DNA of 37,184 nucleotides from the NCBI GenBank assembly GCA_016867255.1, contig VGKB01000002.1:1-37184 (forward strand), in the 5' to 3' direction. The stretch comes from Candidatus Moraniibacteriota bacterium (GTDB taxonomy: Bacteria > Patescibacteriota > Minisyncoccia > CAIUEV01). A program made the translations under genes and the position numbers. This document shows, one piece after another, positions 1 to 6,610 of the stretch. Each line of letters starts with the position of its first letter. Positions within the stretch are counted from its first letter, which is position 1. A model generated the notes under the pieces. It ran no database searches, was not told the DNA's origin, and saw nothing but the letters and a program-made list of their open reading frames with translations.

Positions 1-363
1 GGGGTAACGGTGGAAGCGAAAAAAACGGTAGATATGAATCGTCCCGCGCCAGAACGGTACAGGGCAAGGGTGGAAGTGCGCGACACCGGCATCGGGATCA
101 AAAAAGAAGAGCAGGCAAACCTTTTCAAGAAATTCGTGCGCGCCGGCGAGGGCAGCAAGGTAAACGTGGTGGGCACCGGACTGGGACTTTATGTGGTTCG
201 CAAAATGATTGAGGCCCATAAAGGCAGAATTTGGGCCGAGTCCGCCGGCGAGGGCCGCGGCTCAAGTTTTATTATTGAGCTGCCGCTTAATCTGCCTCAT
301 CCTCCCGAAAAGGAGTTTGTGAAAAGAGTGGTGATGGAAAAAGACTTGAGCCCTAAAACTTAA
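1..363 (+). CDS. Sensor histidine kinase, C-terminal ATPase fragment (5' end outside the window)
   Basis: Frame is open from base 1; the listed ORF 10..363 only starts at the first in-frame GTG. Translation carries HATPase_c boxes VRDTGIGI (G1), LFKKFVR (F) and GTGLGLYVV (G2) and ends GRGSSFIIELPL like classical kinases. Confidence 0.85.
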   Translation, partial: GVTVEAKKTVDMNRPAPERYRARVEVRDTGIGIKKEEQANLFKKFVRAGEGSKVNVVGTGLGLYVVRKMIEAHKGRIWAESAGEGRGSSFIIELPLNLPHPPEKEFVKRVVMEKDLSPKT

Positions 364-364
364 A

Positions 365-1000
365 ATGAAACCCAAAAACCCAAAATTAAACTCAAGTATG
401 GCCAATAAAATATTCTTCATTGTTTTCGGCTTGCTGATCGCCGGGTCAGTGGCGGTTACTTATTGGCGCATCATGGTAAAACGCGATTACATCATTTCCG
501 CCCAGCAGGAATGCGATCCGGCTCTGGAAGCCTGTTTCGTTTATGAATGCGATCCAGAGGACCCGGAAGATCCGGAATGCGCCGCTCTTCCCGAAGAAGA
601 ACGCGTAAACTACTACAAAATCATCAGGAAAAACGCCAAAAACATTCCGCCCTGCGATGCCCAGAACAACGAATGCCCCGAAGTTTTGATTTGTGAAGAA
701 GGTGAGGAAGAATGTGAATTTGAATACTGCACCGAAGAAAATGTTCCCGAGGGAGAGTCATGCAATAATCCGGAAGAATATCTGGCGGAAAACCCGCCGG
801 AGGAATGCGGTTGTGAAGGAGAAGACGCGGATTCGCCTTTGACGGAAAAAGAGACTGAAACTGACGTGGATTCAGCGGAACCTGAAACTCCTGAGGTTGA
901 AGCTGAAACTGGCGCAGGCGAAGAAACGGCTGGAGACACTGCCGGCAGCGAGGAAGAATCCGCCGAAGAATCCTCCTGCGACTGCTCCGCCGAGGAGTAA
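365..1000 (+). CDS. Membrane-anchored, very acidic Cys-rich protein, function unknown
   Basis: ATG lies 1 nt after the kinase stop. One N-terminal hydrophobic helix (IFFIVFGLLIAGSVAVTYW) is followed by about 170 residues rich in Glu/Asp/Pro with 14 Cys. No family recognised. Confidence 0.7.
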   Translation: MKPKNPKLNSSMANKIFFIVFGLLIAGSVAVTYWRIMVKRDYIISAQQECDPALEACFVYECDPEDPEDPECAALPEEERVNYYKIIRKNAKNIPPCDAQNNECPEVLICEEGEEECEFEYCTEENVPEGESCNNPEEYLAENPPEECGCEGEDADSPLTEKETETDVDSAEPETPEVEAETGAGEETAGDTAGSEEESAEESSCDCSAEE

Positions 1001-1020
1001 ACCCCTGGAAGGTACCCCCA

Positions 1021-1048
1021 AGGACATTTCTAAAAATTTGTAAGAAAA
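1021..1048. repeat. 28-nt exact repeat aggacatttctaaaaatttgtaagaaaa (second copy 3244..3271)
   Basis: Identical 28-mer at both sites, each just upstream of a promoter-like tgcttg(a)caat segment. Confidence 0.9.
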
Positions 1049-1050
1049 AT

Positions 1051-1207
1051 CCCGATTTTGCTTGACAATTTTGTATAAATGGCCAGAATTAAGAGTTGCC
1101 GTAATAGCAAGTTCTTTGAAAAAACCGAGTTTTACTCGGTCCACGCGAGAACCCGGTCTACCCGGTTAACTCGTGAACAATCTCCGTAGGAGGTGCCGCG
1201 ATGAACG
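1051..1207 (+). repeat. 157-nt promoter/leader repeat, copy A (copy B at 5155..5311)
   Basis: Manual alignment: offset exactly 4104 nt, no indels, 4 substitutions (1106, 1133, 1134, 1185). Confidence 0.95.
1062..1200 (+). promoter_or_regulatory. Promoter (TTGACA-17 nt-AGAATT) plus about 105-nt structured leader, family member A
   Basis: Perfect -35 at 1062-1067. Small stem TTGC(1096-1099)/GCAA(1107-1110) is followed by GTTCTTTGAAAAAA. Then hairpin CCGAG-N5-CTCGG (1125-1139) and CACGCGAG..CTCGTG enclosing AACCCGG..CCGGTT. SD GGAGG sits 7 nt before ATG 1201. Confidence 0.6.
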
Positions 1208-1335
1208 GCAAGCTGAGTTGGCTGAAGCGTGCCGCGAACTCCATCGCGGCGCAAACTAAGAAACCCTTAAACTTCTTATATGCTTGGCGAGTCCGCCTCG
1301 CCACCATCGGAACTTTCCACCATTATAAAAATTAA
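1201..1335 (+). CDS. Short 44-codon ORF, probable truncated paralogue of the 5305..5877 membrane protein
   Basis: Same SD and ATGAACG start as copy B. The N-terminus MNGKLSWLKRAANSIAAQTKK aligns with MNVFAEWLKRCAAFFAAHWEK of 5305..5877. Below the size cut-off of the ORF track. Confidence 0.35.
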   Translation: MNGKLSWLKRAANSIAAQTKKPLNFLYAWRVRLATIGTFHHYKN

Positions 1336-1351
1336 ATACCCCGTTGCAAGA

Positions 1352-1882
1352 TCAACAACTCCCCTTAATTCTAAAATGTCCCGTTGAGTGAGTGTGTTTA
1401 TATTTCATTTTGCCATGAGGTTTATCCCGAATAACTTTAAAATCTGGATTTGCGTGGAACTTTTCTGCTAATAATTTCAACTCCTCTTTCGTCGGGAAAA
1501 ATACTTCTGTTTTTCTCTTCTCCCTCATATTTTTTACTGTTTTGTCATCTGACATAAGCATTCTGACAATTATTTCCCCCCCTAGCCTAAGCTTCTCGTA
1601 GTATTTTTCGATGAGATCGTATGCTTCTTTTTTGGACATGAACATCAACACGTAAGAGAAAATAACCAAGTCAAATTTTATATTTAAATCAACATCCCTT
1701 ATATTTTTATTTATTAAGGTTATGCTTTTTTCTTGATGAGCTTTCTTGATGTTCCTCCTAGCCGCTTCAAAAATAGTTTTGTTTTTTTCAACTCCAAAAA
1801 CAATAAATCCCTTTTTAGCAAAATCAATTGCCTCTATAGCTTCACCGCAGCCAACATCTAAGAGTCTTTTTCTGTTCATCAT
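1352..1882 (-). CDS. Class I SAM-dependent methyltransferase
   Basis: Motif I LLDVGCGEAIEAIDFAKKG near the N-terminus and an acidic post-I residue (VFGVEKN); the size (176 aa) is typical of small Rossmann-fold methyltransferases. Confidence 0.8.
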   Translation of the reverse strand: MMNRKRLLDVGCGEAIEAIDFAKKGFIVFGVEKNKTIFEAARRNIKKAHQEKSITLINKNIRDVDLNIKFDLVIFSYVLMFMSKKEAYDLIEKYYEKLRLGGEIIVRMLMSDDKTVKNMREKRKTEVFFPTKEELKLLAEKFHANPDFKVIRDKPHGKMKYKHTHSTGHFRIKGSC

Positions 1883-1908
1883 ATTTAAAAATAGTAAATT
1901 TTGAGAAT

Positions 1909-1949
1909 GAGGCGTGACTTATTTGAATTTAAATGACGCCTCTTTTTTT
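1909..1949 (+). terminator. Hairpin plus T7 run, intrinsic-terminator-like, plus-strand orientation
   Basis: GAGGCGT (1909-1915) pairs with ACGCCTC (1936-1942), followed by TTTTTTT (1943-1949). No plus-strand CDS ends nearby, so it would end a transcript reading antisense through the methyltransferase gene. Confidence 0.4.
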
Positions 1950-2068
1950 GTCATAAACTTCTCCAACACTGAGGATCTTTTTTTCTCCAATCGCCGCTAT
2001 ATTGCCCATAAGAAACAGCTGGGCACCCTCGGCAATAAAACTTTAGTTCGCACCTAGCGCATTCCATT

Positions 2069-2095
2069 ATTTATAGCAAGGCGCTGTCCTTGAAA
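2069..2095. repeat. 27-nt perfect direct repeat atttatagcaaggcgctgtccttgaaa, copy 1
   Basis: Identical to 2958..2984. Contains the hairpin CAAGG-cgctgt-CCTTG. Lies 51 nt past the doc stop. Confidence 0.95.
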
Positions 2096-2146
2096 ATTTG
2101 TGAAATGACGACAGGGATCCCCCTCATTGGCGATCTTTCTGGAAAT

Positions 2147-2575
2147 TTACTTAATGTAGCTAATCAGGTAGGTGTCAATAAATTTCTTGATGGCCGCTAC
2201 GGTTTCGTCTTTTAATTTTGGATTGCTTTCCGCCACCCACTTGGCAAAATTGTATAATTCCCTGTTGTCGACTTTCACCCATTTCTTGTTCTTGTAGAGA
2301 AAATAAAACAAGGTGGTCATGGCTATCCGCTTGTTGCCATTTTCGAAAGGATGGTTCTTTATCATTAAATAAAACAAGATGGAAGCTTTGCCCAAAAGCC
2401 CCTGGTACAGTAATTTTTTCCCAAAAGTTTGAAATGGAACCGCCACACAGCTTTCTAATATCCCCGGAAAGCGTGAATTAAAATCGGGGATCGGTTCGTC
2501 CCAGCGCATCATTTCCCTCGCCAGAATATGGGTTACGTGTTTGATTTCAAAAATGGTTAGCGGTTTTATTTTCAT
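2147..2575 (-). CDS. doc: Doc (death-on-curing) / Fic-family toxin
   Basis: The Fic/Doc active-site motif HPFENGNKRIAM matches the Doc variant HxFx(D/E)GNKR. 142 aa; 4-nt ATGA overlap with the upstream HTH gene. Confidence 0.85.
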   Translation of the reverse strand: MKIKPLTIFEIKHVTHILAREMMRWDEPIPDFNSRFPGILESCVAVPFQTFGKKLLYQGLLGKASILFYLMIKNHPFENGNKRIAMTTLFYFLYKNKKWVKVDNRELYNFAKWVAESNPKLKDETVAAIKKFIDTYLISYIK

Positions 2576-2826
2576 TCCTTCCCTAATAAAATTAGTGTTT
2601 CTTTGTATTCTTTGACCGTTTTCCGCACCGATTTTTCAATTTCTTTTTTCTCTTTTTCGGACGGTTCCTTTTTAAAAATATCTGGAAGGTTTTTCCTCTC
2701 AATGGCATAGATCCGACCGATTTTTTCCGCCTTTAACTTGCCCGACTTTATCTTTTTAAACACGGCGATCCGGCTGATTCCCAAAATTTTCGCCATTTCG
2801 GCAGTAGTGAAATGTTTTTTTATCAT
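2572..2826 (-). CDS. Helix-turn-helix DNA-binding protein, probable antitoxin of Doc
   Basis: The N-terminal excisionase/MerR-like HTH is FTTAEMAKILGISRIAVFKKIKSGKLKAEKIGRIYAI. It has a charged C-terminal tail and is translationally coupled to doc. Confidence 0.75.
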   Translation of the reverse strand: MIKKHFTTAEMAKILGISRIAVFKKIKSGKLKAEKIGRIYAIERKNLPDIFKKEPSEKEKKEIEKSVRKTVKEYKETLILLGKE

Positions 2827-2832
2827 GGGAGT

Positions 2833-2879
2833 ATTTTAATTTATGTTAACCATTTAGTCAATAGTTAACAATCGTTAAC
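2833..2879 (-). promoter_or_regulatory. Promoter of the HTH-doc operon with three GTTAAC palindromes (candidate operators)
   Basis: On the minus strand TTGACT (2856-2861), a 17-nt spacer and TAAAAT (2833-2838) sit 6 nt before the ATG. GTTAAC occurs at 2845-2850 (inside the spacer), 2864-2869 and 2874-2879. Confidence 0.55.
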
Positions 2880-2957
2880 CAATTTTGCTTGACTATACAA
2901 AAAAAGGTTTCAAAATAAATACCAGAAAAGGTTGTTTGGCTTCTTTGCTAATACTTA

Positions 2958-2984
2958 ATTTATAGCAAGGCGCTGTCCTTGAAA
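2958..2984. repeat. 27-nt perfect direct repeat, copy 2
   Basis: Identical to 2069..2095. Lies 132 nt upstream of the HTH gene start. Confidence 0.95.
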
Positions 2985-3089
2985 GCCCGCCAATTATTTG
3001 AATTTCTAATCACTGACGTCTTCAAAACGCAAAAAGTGAAAAAGCGGGAAATGAAAAGATGAAAAATAGACCAAAACTGGCCGAAACGC

Positions 3090-3118
3090 TTGACAAAACC
3101 GTGGTTATTTAATATTAC
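3090..3118 (+). promoter_or_regulatory. Promoter-like TTGACA-17 nt-TATTAC with no adjacent CDS
   Basis: cttgacaaaaccgtggttattt (3089-3110) differs at one base from the promoter core at 14371-14392. The next plus-strand CDS starts at 3357. Confidence 0.45.
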
Positions 3119-3243
3119 TATTTCAGTAAAGTGCGATTATTTATACTTTAATGAAACAGAAAAAGTTAGTTCTCTTGGTCGTGTCCGAAACTTCCACGAT
3201 TCTCTGGAAAGAGAAATAAAGAGATACCTATGATCCTAAAAAT

Positions 3244-3271
3244 AGGACATTTCTAAAAATTTGTAAGAAAA
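3244..3271. repeat. Second copy of the 28-nt repeat at 1021..1048
   Basis: Exact 28/28 match, followed by a degenerate version of the copy-A promoter (tgcttgcaat vs tgcttgacaat). Confidence 0.9.
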
Positions 3272-3356
3272 CCTGTCAAATGCTTGCAATAAAAATTTTT
3301 TAGTGTAGAAATAATCTAAAATGATGATTATTCTTATAACATAACTTCAAAAACCC

Positions 3357-4292
3357 ATGCCGCTGATAAATAACGACTTAAAAATTGTGGAGTTTTTCCG
3401 AAAAAATTTCAAAGAAGTTGAAAATAAATTAAGGAAAAAGAGAATAGTAATAATCTACGGTGGATTTTCTGAGGAAAGGGGAACTTCAATTGAAAGTGGT
3501 AGTTCGGTTTACAAAGAGCTTAAAAAAAACGGTTTTAAAACGATCAAGATTGATCCTTCGCAAAGAAATTTTATCCCCCTTCTAAATAAAAAAGTCGACC
3601 TTGTTTTTAATTGCCTCCATGGTTCCTTTGGGGAAAGCGGTCATCTCCCAGCAATTTTAGATTATCTAAAAGTACCCTATACGTTTTCTGGGGTTTACGC
3701 TTCTGCCGTTACAATGGATAAAATTTATTTTAAATCGATTGCCAAGAAATTAGGATTTAATTGTCCTTTAGACAATCTTGATAAGGATAAATTATCCAAA
3801 AAACAAACTAGATTCATTTATAAAAAAATCAGAGGCGGTAGTAGTAAGGGCATGCGAATAGTTGACACAATTAGGCCAAAAAATGGATGTTTTGTCGAGG
3901 AGTTCGTTGACGGAAATTTTTTAACAATGGGGATTTTTGAACAAAAGGGGTCATTTTACCCTTTGGGAATAGTATCTTTTATAGCCAGGGAGAGAGAATT
4001 TTACGATGAAGCAGCTAAGTATCAAGGGCTATACAAATATAGTAAATATAGCGGAGCAAACGCGGAGAAGATTAGAGAAATATCTATAAAGGTTTCTGAT
4101 TTTTTGGATATAAAAGGCGCTGCCCGCCTTGATTTTATCGAAAAGGATAGCCAGCTTTTCCTGCTGGAAATTAACAGTGTGCCCGGCATCTACCCTAAAA
4201 GTAATTTGGCTTGTTCCGCCCGGCTCGCGAATTTTAGCTACTATGAATTACTGGTTTGGATACTAAACAACGCCGGTTATTCAAAATTATAA
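3357..4292 (+). CDS. ddl: D-alanine--D-alanine ligase family ATP-grasp enzyme
   Basis: Three Ddl-like segments: N-terminal RIVIIYGGFSEERGTSIESG, then VDLVFNCLHGSFGESGHLPAILDYLKVPYTFSG, and C-terminal ARLDFIEKDSQLFLLEINSVPG. The central domain looks shortened, so the true substrate is uncertain. Confidence 0.7.
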   Translation: MPLINNDLKIVEFFRKNFKEVENKLRKKRIVIIYGGFSEERGTSIESGSSVYKELKKNGFKTIKIDPSQRNFIPLLNKKVDLVFNCLHGSFGESGHLPAILDYLKVPYTFSGVYASAVTMDKIYFKSIAKKLGFNCPLDNLDKDKLSKKQTRFIYKKIRGGSSKGMRIVDTIRPKNGCFVEEFVDGNFLTMGIFEQKGSFYPLGIVSFIAREREFYDEAAKYQGLYKYSKYSGANAEKIREISIKVSDFLDIKGAARLDFIEKDSQLFLLEINSVPGIYPKSNLACSARLANFSYYELLVWILNNAGYSKL

Positions 4293-4298
4293 TTCTAT

Positions 4299-4952
4299 AT
4301 GGGTTACGAAAAATCAAATCTCAACGATGGAAATGAGAGAGAAAAAACAGAAAGCATTATTATTGAGAACGTTCCGTTTGTTACGCAACTATACGATACA
4401 GATAATTATCAGATTCTAGGCTTTAAAGACTTAGCTGAAGCCGAACACTGGTCAAAAAGAGACTGTGGAATAGTTTGTATTGAAATGGCAGTGAGGTTTT
4501 TTCTTCCGGATCTCAAGATAAGAACAAAGGAATTAATTAATATGGGATTGCAAATCCACGCTTATAAAGAAAATGTTGGTTGGATACACGATGGTTTAGT
4601 AGAAATTGCTACCAGGTTGGGCTTGAAAGCTAGCCGGGAAAGTATCGGAGGAGATCTAGAGAAAATTAAAAACCACTTGGAGGAAAACAGACTGGTGATA
4701 GCATCCATATCGCATGGTTTTGAGGTGGGAAAAGAATATAAAGAAGAAAATGGATCAGTTTATATTGTACCGCGAGGGGGTCACTTGGCGGTTATATTCG
4801 GGATAACCGAAAAACTAGGGAAAATTAAGAGTATTTATCTTCACCACCCTTCTCCATACAAAACATATAGCTGGAAAAACTATTCAGTTTCAGCTAACAA
4901 ATTTATGGGTTCTTTCTCCGAAAGAGGAAACATCATTTCCCTGGGTAAGTAA
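4299..4952 (+). CDS. C39-like (papain-fold) cysteine peptidase/acyltransferase domain protein
   Basis: Catalytic-Cys context RDCGIVCIEMAV and downstream His context PRGGHLAVIFG match the Peptidase_C39_2 / BtrH_N pattern. Starts 6 nt after the ATP-grasp gene. Confidence 0.6.
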   Translation: MGYEKSNLNDGNEREKTESIIIENVPFVTQLYDTDNYQILGFKDLAEAEHWSKRDCGIVCIEMAVRFFLPDLKIRTKELINMGLQIHAYKENVGWIHDGLVEIATRLGLKASRESIGGDLEKIKNHLEENRLVIASISHGFEVGKEYKEENGSVYIVPRGGHLAVIFGITEKLGKIKSIYLHHPSPYKTYSWKNYSVSANKFMGSFSERGNIISLGK

Positions 4953-5154
4953 AGATTTTGTCGTTCCAAGCCGACAGAGAAAAAATAAGGTTTATTATTG
5001 ACTATTGCGATAAAAATAACATCGATTACATCGGCCAAACTGGGTTAACCCCAACCCTGCCTGTATAAATCTCGGGTGTCTTTTATATTTTTAAAGCTAC
5101 AATGTTTTTTCGGATCATCAATAATAGAATAGAGGGGAGATTTTAGCCCGAAAC

Positions 5155-5311
5155 CCCGATTTTGCTTGACAATTTTGTATAAATGGCCAGAATTAAGAGT
5201 TGCCGTAATGGCAAGTTCTTTGAAAAAACCGAGTTTCGCTCGGTCCACGCGAGAACCCGGTCTACCCGGTTAACTCGTGAACAATCTCTGTAGGAGGTGC
5301 CGCGATGAACG
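5155..5311 (+). repeat. 157-nt promoter/leader repeat, copy B
   Basis: See copy A (1051..1207). Confidence 0.95.
5166..5304 (+). promoter_or_regulatory. Promoter plus structured leader, family member B
   Basis: Same architecture as member A. The 1106 a-to-g change lengthens the small stem to TTGCC/GGCAA, and the two changes at 5237-5238 fall in the loop of the CCGAG/CTCGG hairpin. Confidence 0.6.
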
Positions 5312-5877
5312 TTTTCGCTGAGTGGCTGAAGAGATGCGCCGCGTTCTTCGCGGCCCATTGGGAAAAACTGAAAAAGCTGGGAATTACTGTTATTGGATGG
5401 ACTAGCAATAGCGCCGTGGAGGCCGCGTTTAATTACGTGATCTACCCATTCATTATTGTGAAGTTTGGCGTTTTGCTTGGCGTTTCCATTGCGGTAATAG
5501 CTTCTTTCACAATTTGTTGCCTGACTTTTCGTTTTTACGATTGGTCTCAAAAGGACTGGTTCGGAATCGAGAAGATAAAAGAGATTCGCGAAGGAAAGGG
5601 AGATACAAAGGTTGGATGGTTCGCTTCGCGTTTTTTAAAAGGTAGCAAGTGGTTGGCTTTTGTCTACATCACATTCAAATTTGATGCTTTTATGGCAACC
5701 ATATTCATGCGGGAAGGAGCGTATCAATTCAACGAACTGAGCCGGAGAGACAAAAAAATCTTCCTGTTTAGCTTCTTCCTTAGCGCCATCACATGGTGGC
5801 CACTAGTTTGCGGGGTTCTCTATGGAGGAGAGTGGGCCTGGGAAACTTGGTTCAAAGATCTCGCAAACATTTTTTAG
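5305..5877 (+). CDS. Polytopic membrane protein (about 4-5 TM), function unknown
   Basis: Strong SD GGAGG. Hydrophobic segments include YVIYPFIIVKFGVLLGVSIAVIASFTICCL and IFLFSFFLSAITWWPLVCGVLY. Followed by a strong terminator. Confidence 0.8.
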   Translation: MNVFAEWLKRCAAFFAAHWEKLKKLGITVIGWTSNSAVEAAFNYVIYPFIIVKFGVLLGVSIAVIASFTICCLTFRFYDWSQKDWFGIEKIKEIREGKGDTKVGWFASRFLKGSKWLAFVYITFKFDAFMATIFMREGAYQFNELSRRDKKIFLFSFFLSAITWWPLVCGVLYGGEWAWETWFKDLANIF

Positions 5878-5891
5878 TAAATGACCCTGAC

Positions 5892-5921
5892 GGCGGCGTT
5901 GTTCCAACAACGCCGCCTTTT
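5892..5921 (+). terminator. Rho-independent terminator
   Basis: GGCGGCGTTGTT (5892-5903) pairs perfectly with AACAACGCCGCC (5906-5917), followed by TTTT. Confidence 0.7.
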
Positions 5922-5995
5922 AAAAAAAATCATTCCACCGTTGCGGATTTAATAAATTGGGATTATGATTTATCCGCTAGAATAATCTAAGCAAT

Positions 5996-6610
5996 GTGGC
6001 AAACAACAACGAGCAAAAAAACCTCTTGGAGAAAGAATTGGAGCTCAATCAATTTGAAGTCGAAACGATAGACAAGCCTGATGAAGAGATTTTTAGAAAA
6101 ATTATTAATCTTGAAAATTCTTGCATCCCTGAAAGTTGGAGGTTCTCGGAGGATTTCTATGAGCAAGAGTTATCCAAACCCGAAAATATAAAAATTATTC
6201 TCAGAACCAAAGACCGGGATAAAAAATTAATTGGATTGGTCCTTTTGGAACCATACAATAACAATCTCATAAATGAGATGCTGGAAGATGATCCCGAACT
6301 TAAAATAGTCGAGGGCTCCGCTTATTATATGATTACAATCGAAATAGATCCAGACTATCAAGGAATGGGACTCTCATCAACATTGTTTGATGCGATGGAA
6401 AGTGAGATGATTGTCAGAGGATCAAATAAACTAATATTGCACGCAAGAGTTAGTAATGGTTTCAGCAATTCCTTAGAAAAGAGATATGGTGATAGAATAA
6501 TTAATAAAAGGCGGATTGATAGATGGAAATATTACAAGCCAGAAGAGCCTTGTGACTATATGGAGATCCAATTAGAAAAAAAATATACTACAGATACCCC
6601 CACTCTTTAA
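5996..6610 (+). CDS. GNAT-family N-acetyltransferase
   Basis: Acetyl-CoA binding motif IEIDPDYQGMGLSSTLFDAME (Q/RxxGxG/A). GTG start, no in-frame ATG nearby. Confidence 0.75.
   Translation: MANNNEQKNLLEKELELNQFEVETIDKPDEEIFRKIINLENSCIPESWRFSEDFYEQELSKPENIKIILRTKDRDKKLIGLVLLEPYNNNLINEMLEDDPELKIVEGSAYYMITIEIDPDYQGMGLSSTLFDAMESEMIVRGSNKLILHARVSNGFSNSLEKRYGDRIINKRRIDRWKYYKPEEPCDYMEIQLEKKYTTDTPTL

Noticed and set aside
872-1144. Minus-strand ORFs 872..1144 and 5045..5248 sharing the peptide MDR(V/A)KLGFFKELAITATLNSGHLYKIVKQNR
   Set aside because: The shared peptide is just the reverse-strand translation of the duplicated promoter/leader DNA. The ORFs run through the TTGACA promoter, have no SD, and diverge as soon as the repeat ends.
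3151-3344. Tiny ORFs in the ddl-like upstream region: a 22-codon MKQKKLVLLVVSETSTILWKEK (3151-3219) and a 7-codon MMIILIT (3321-3344), considered as a leader peptide
   Set aside because: There is no SD, no attenuator-type alternative hairpins that I could identify, and such short ORFs are expected by chance in AT-rich DNA.
5143-5550. 135-aa minus-strand ORF overlapping the leader and the 5' part of the membrane-protein gene
   Set aside because: It is antisense to a better-supported CDS that has a strong SD and a terminator, and it has no start signals of its own.
5793-5990. 65-aa ORF overlapping the 3' end of the membrane-protein gene
   Set aside because: It reads straight through the GC-rich terminator hairpin at 5892-5917 and has no start signals.
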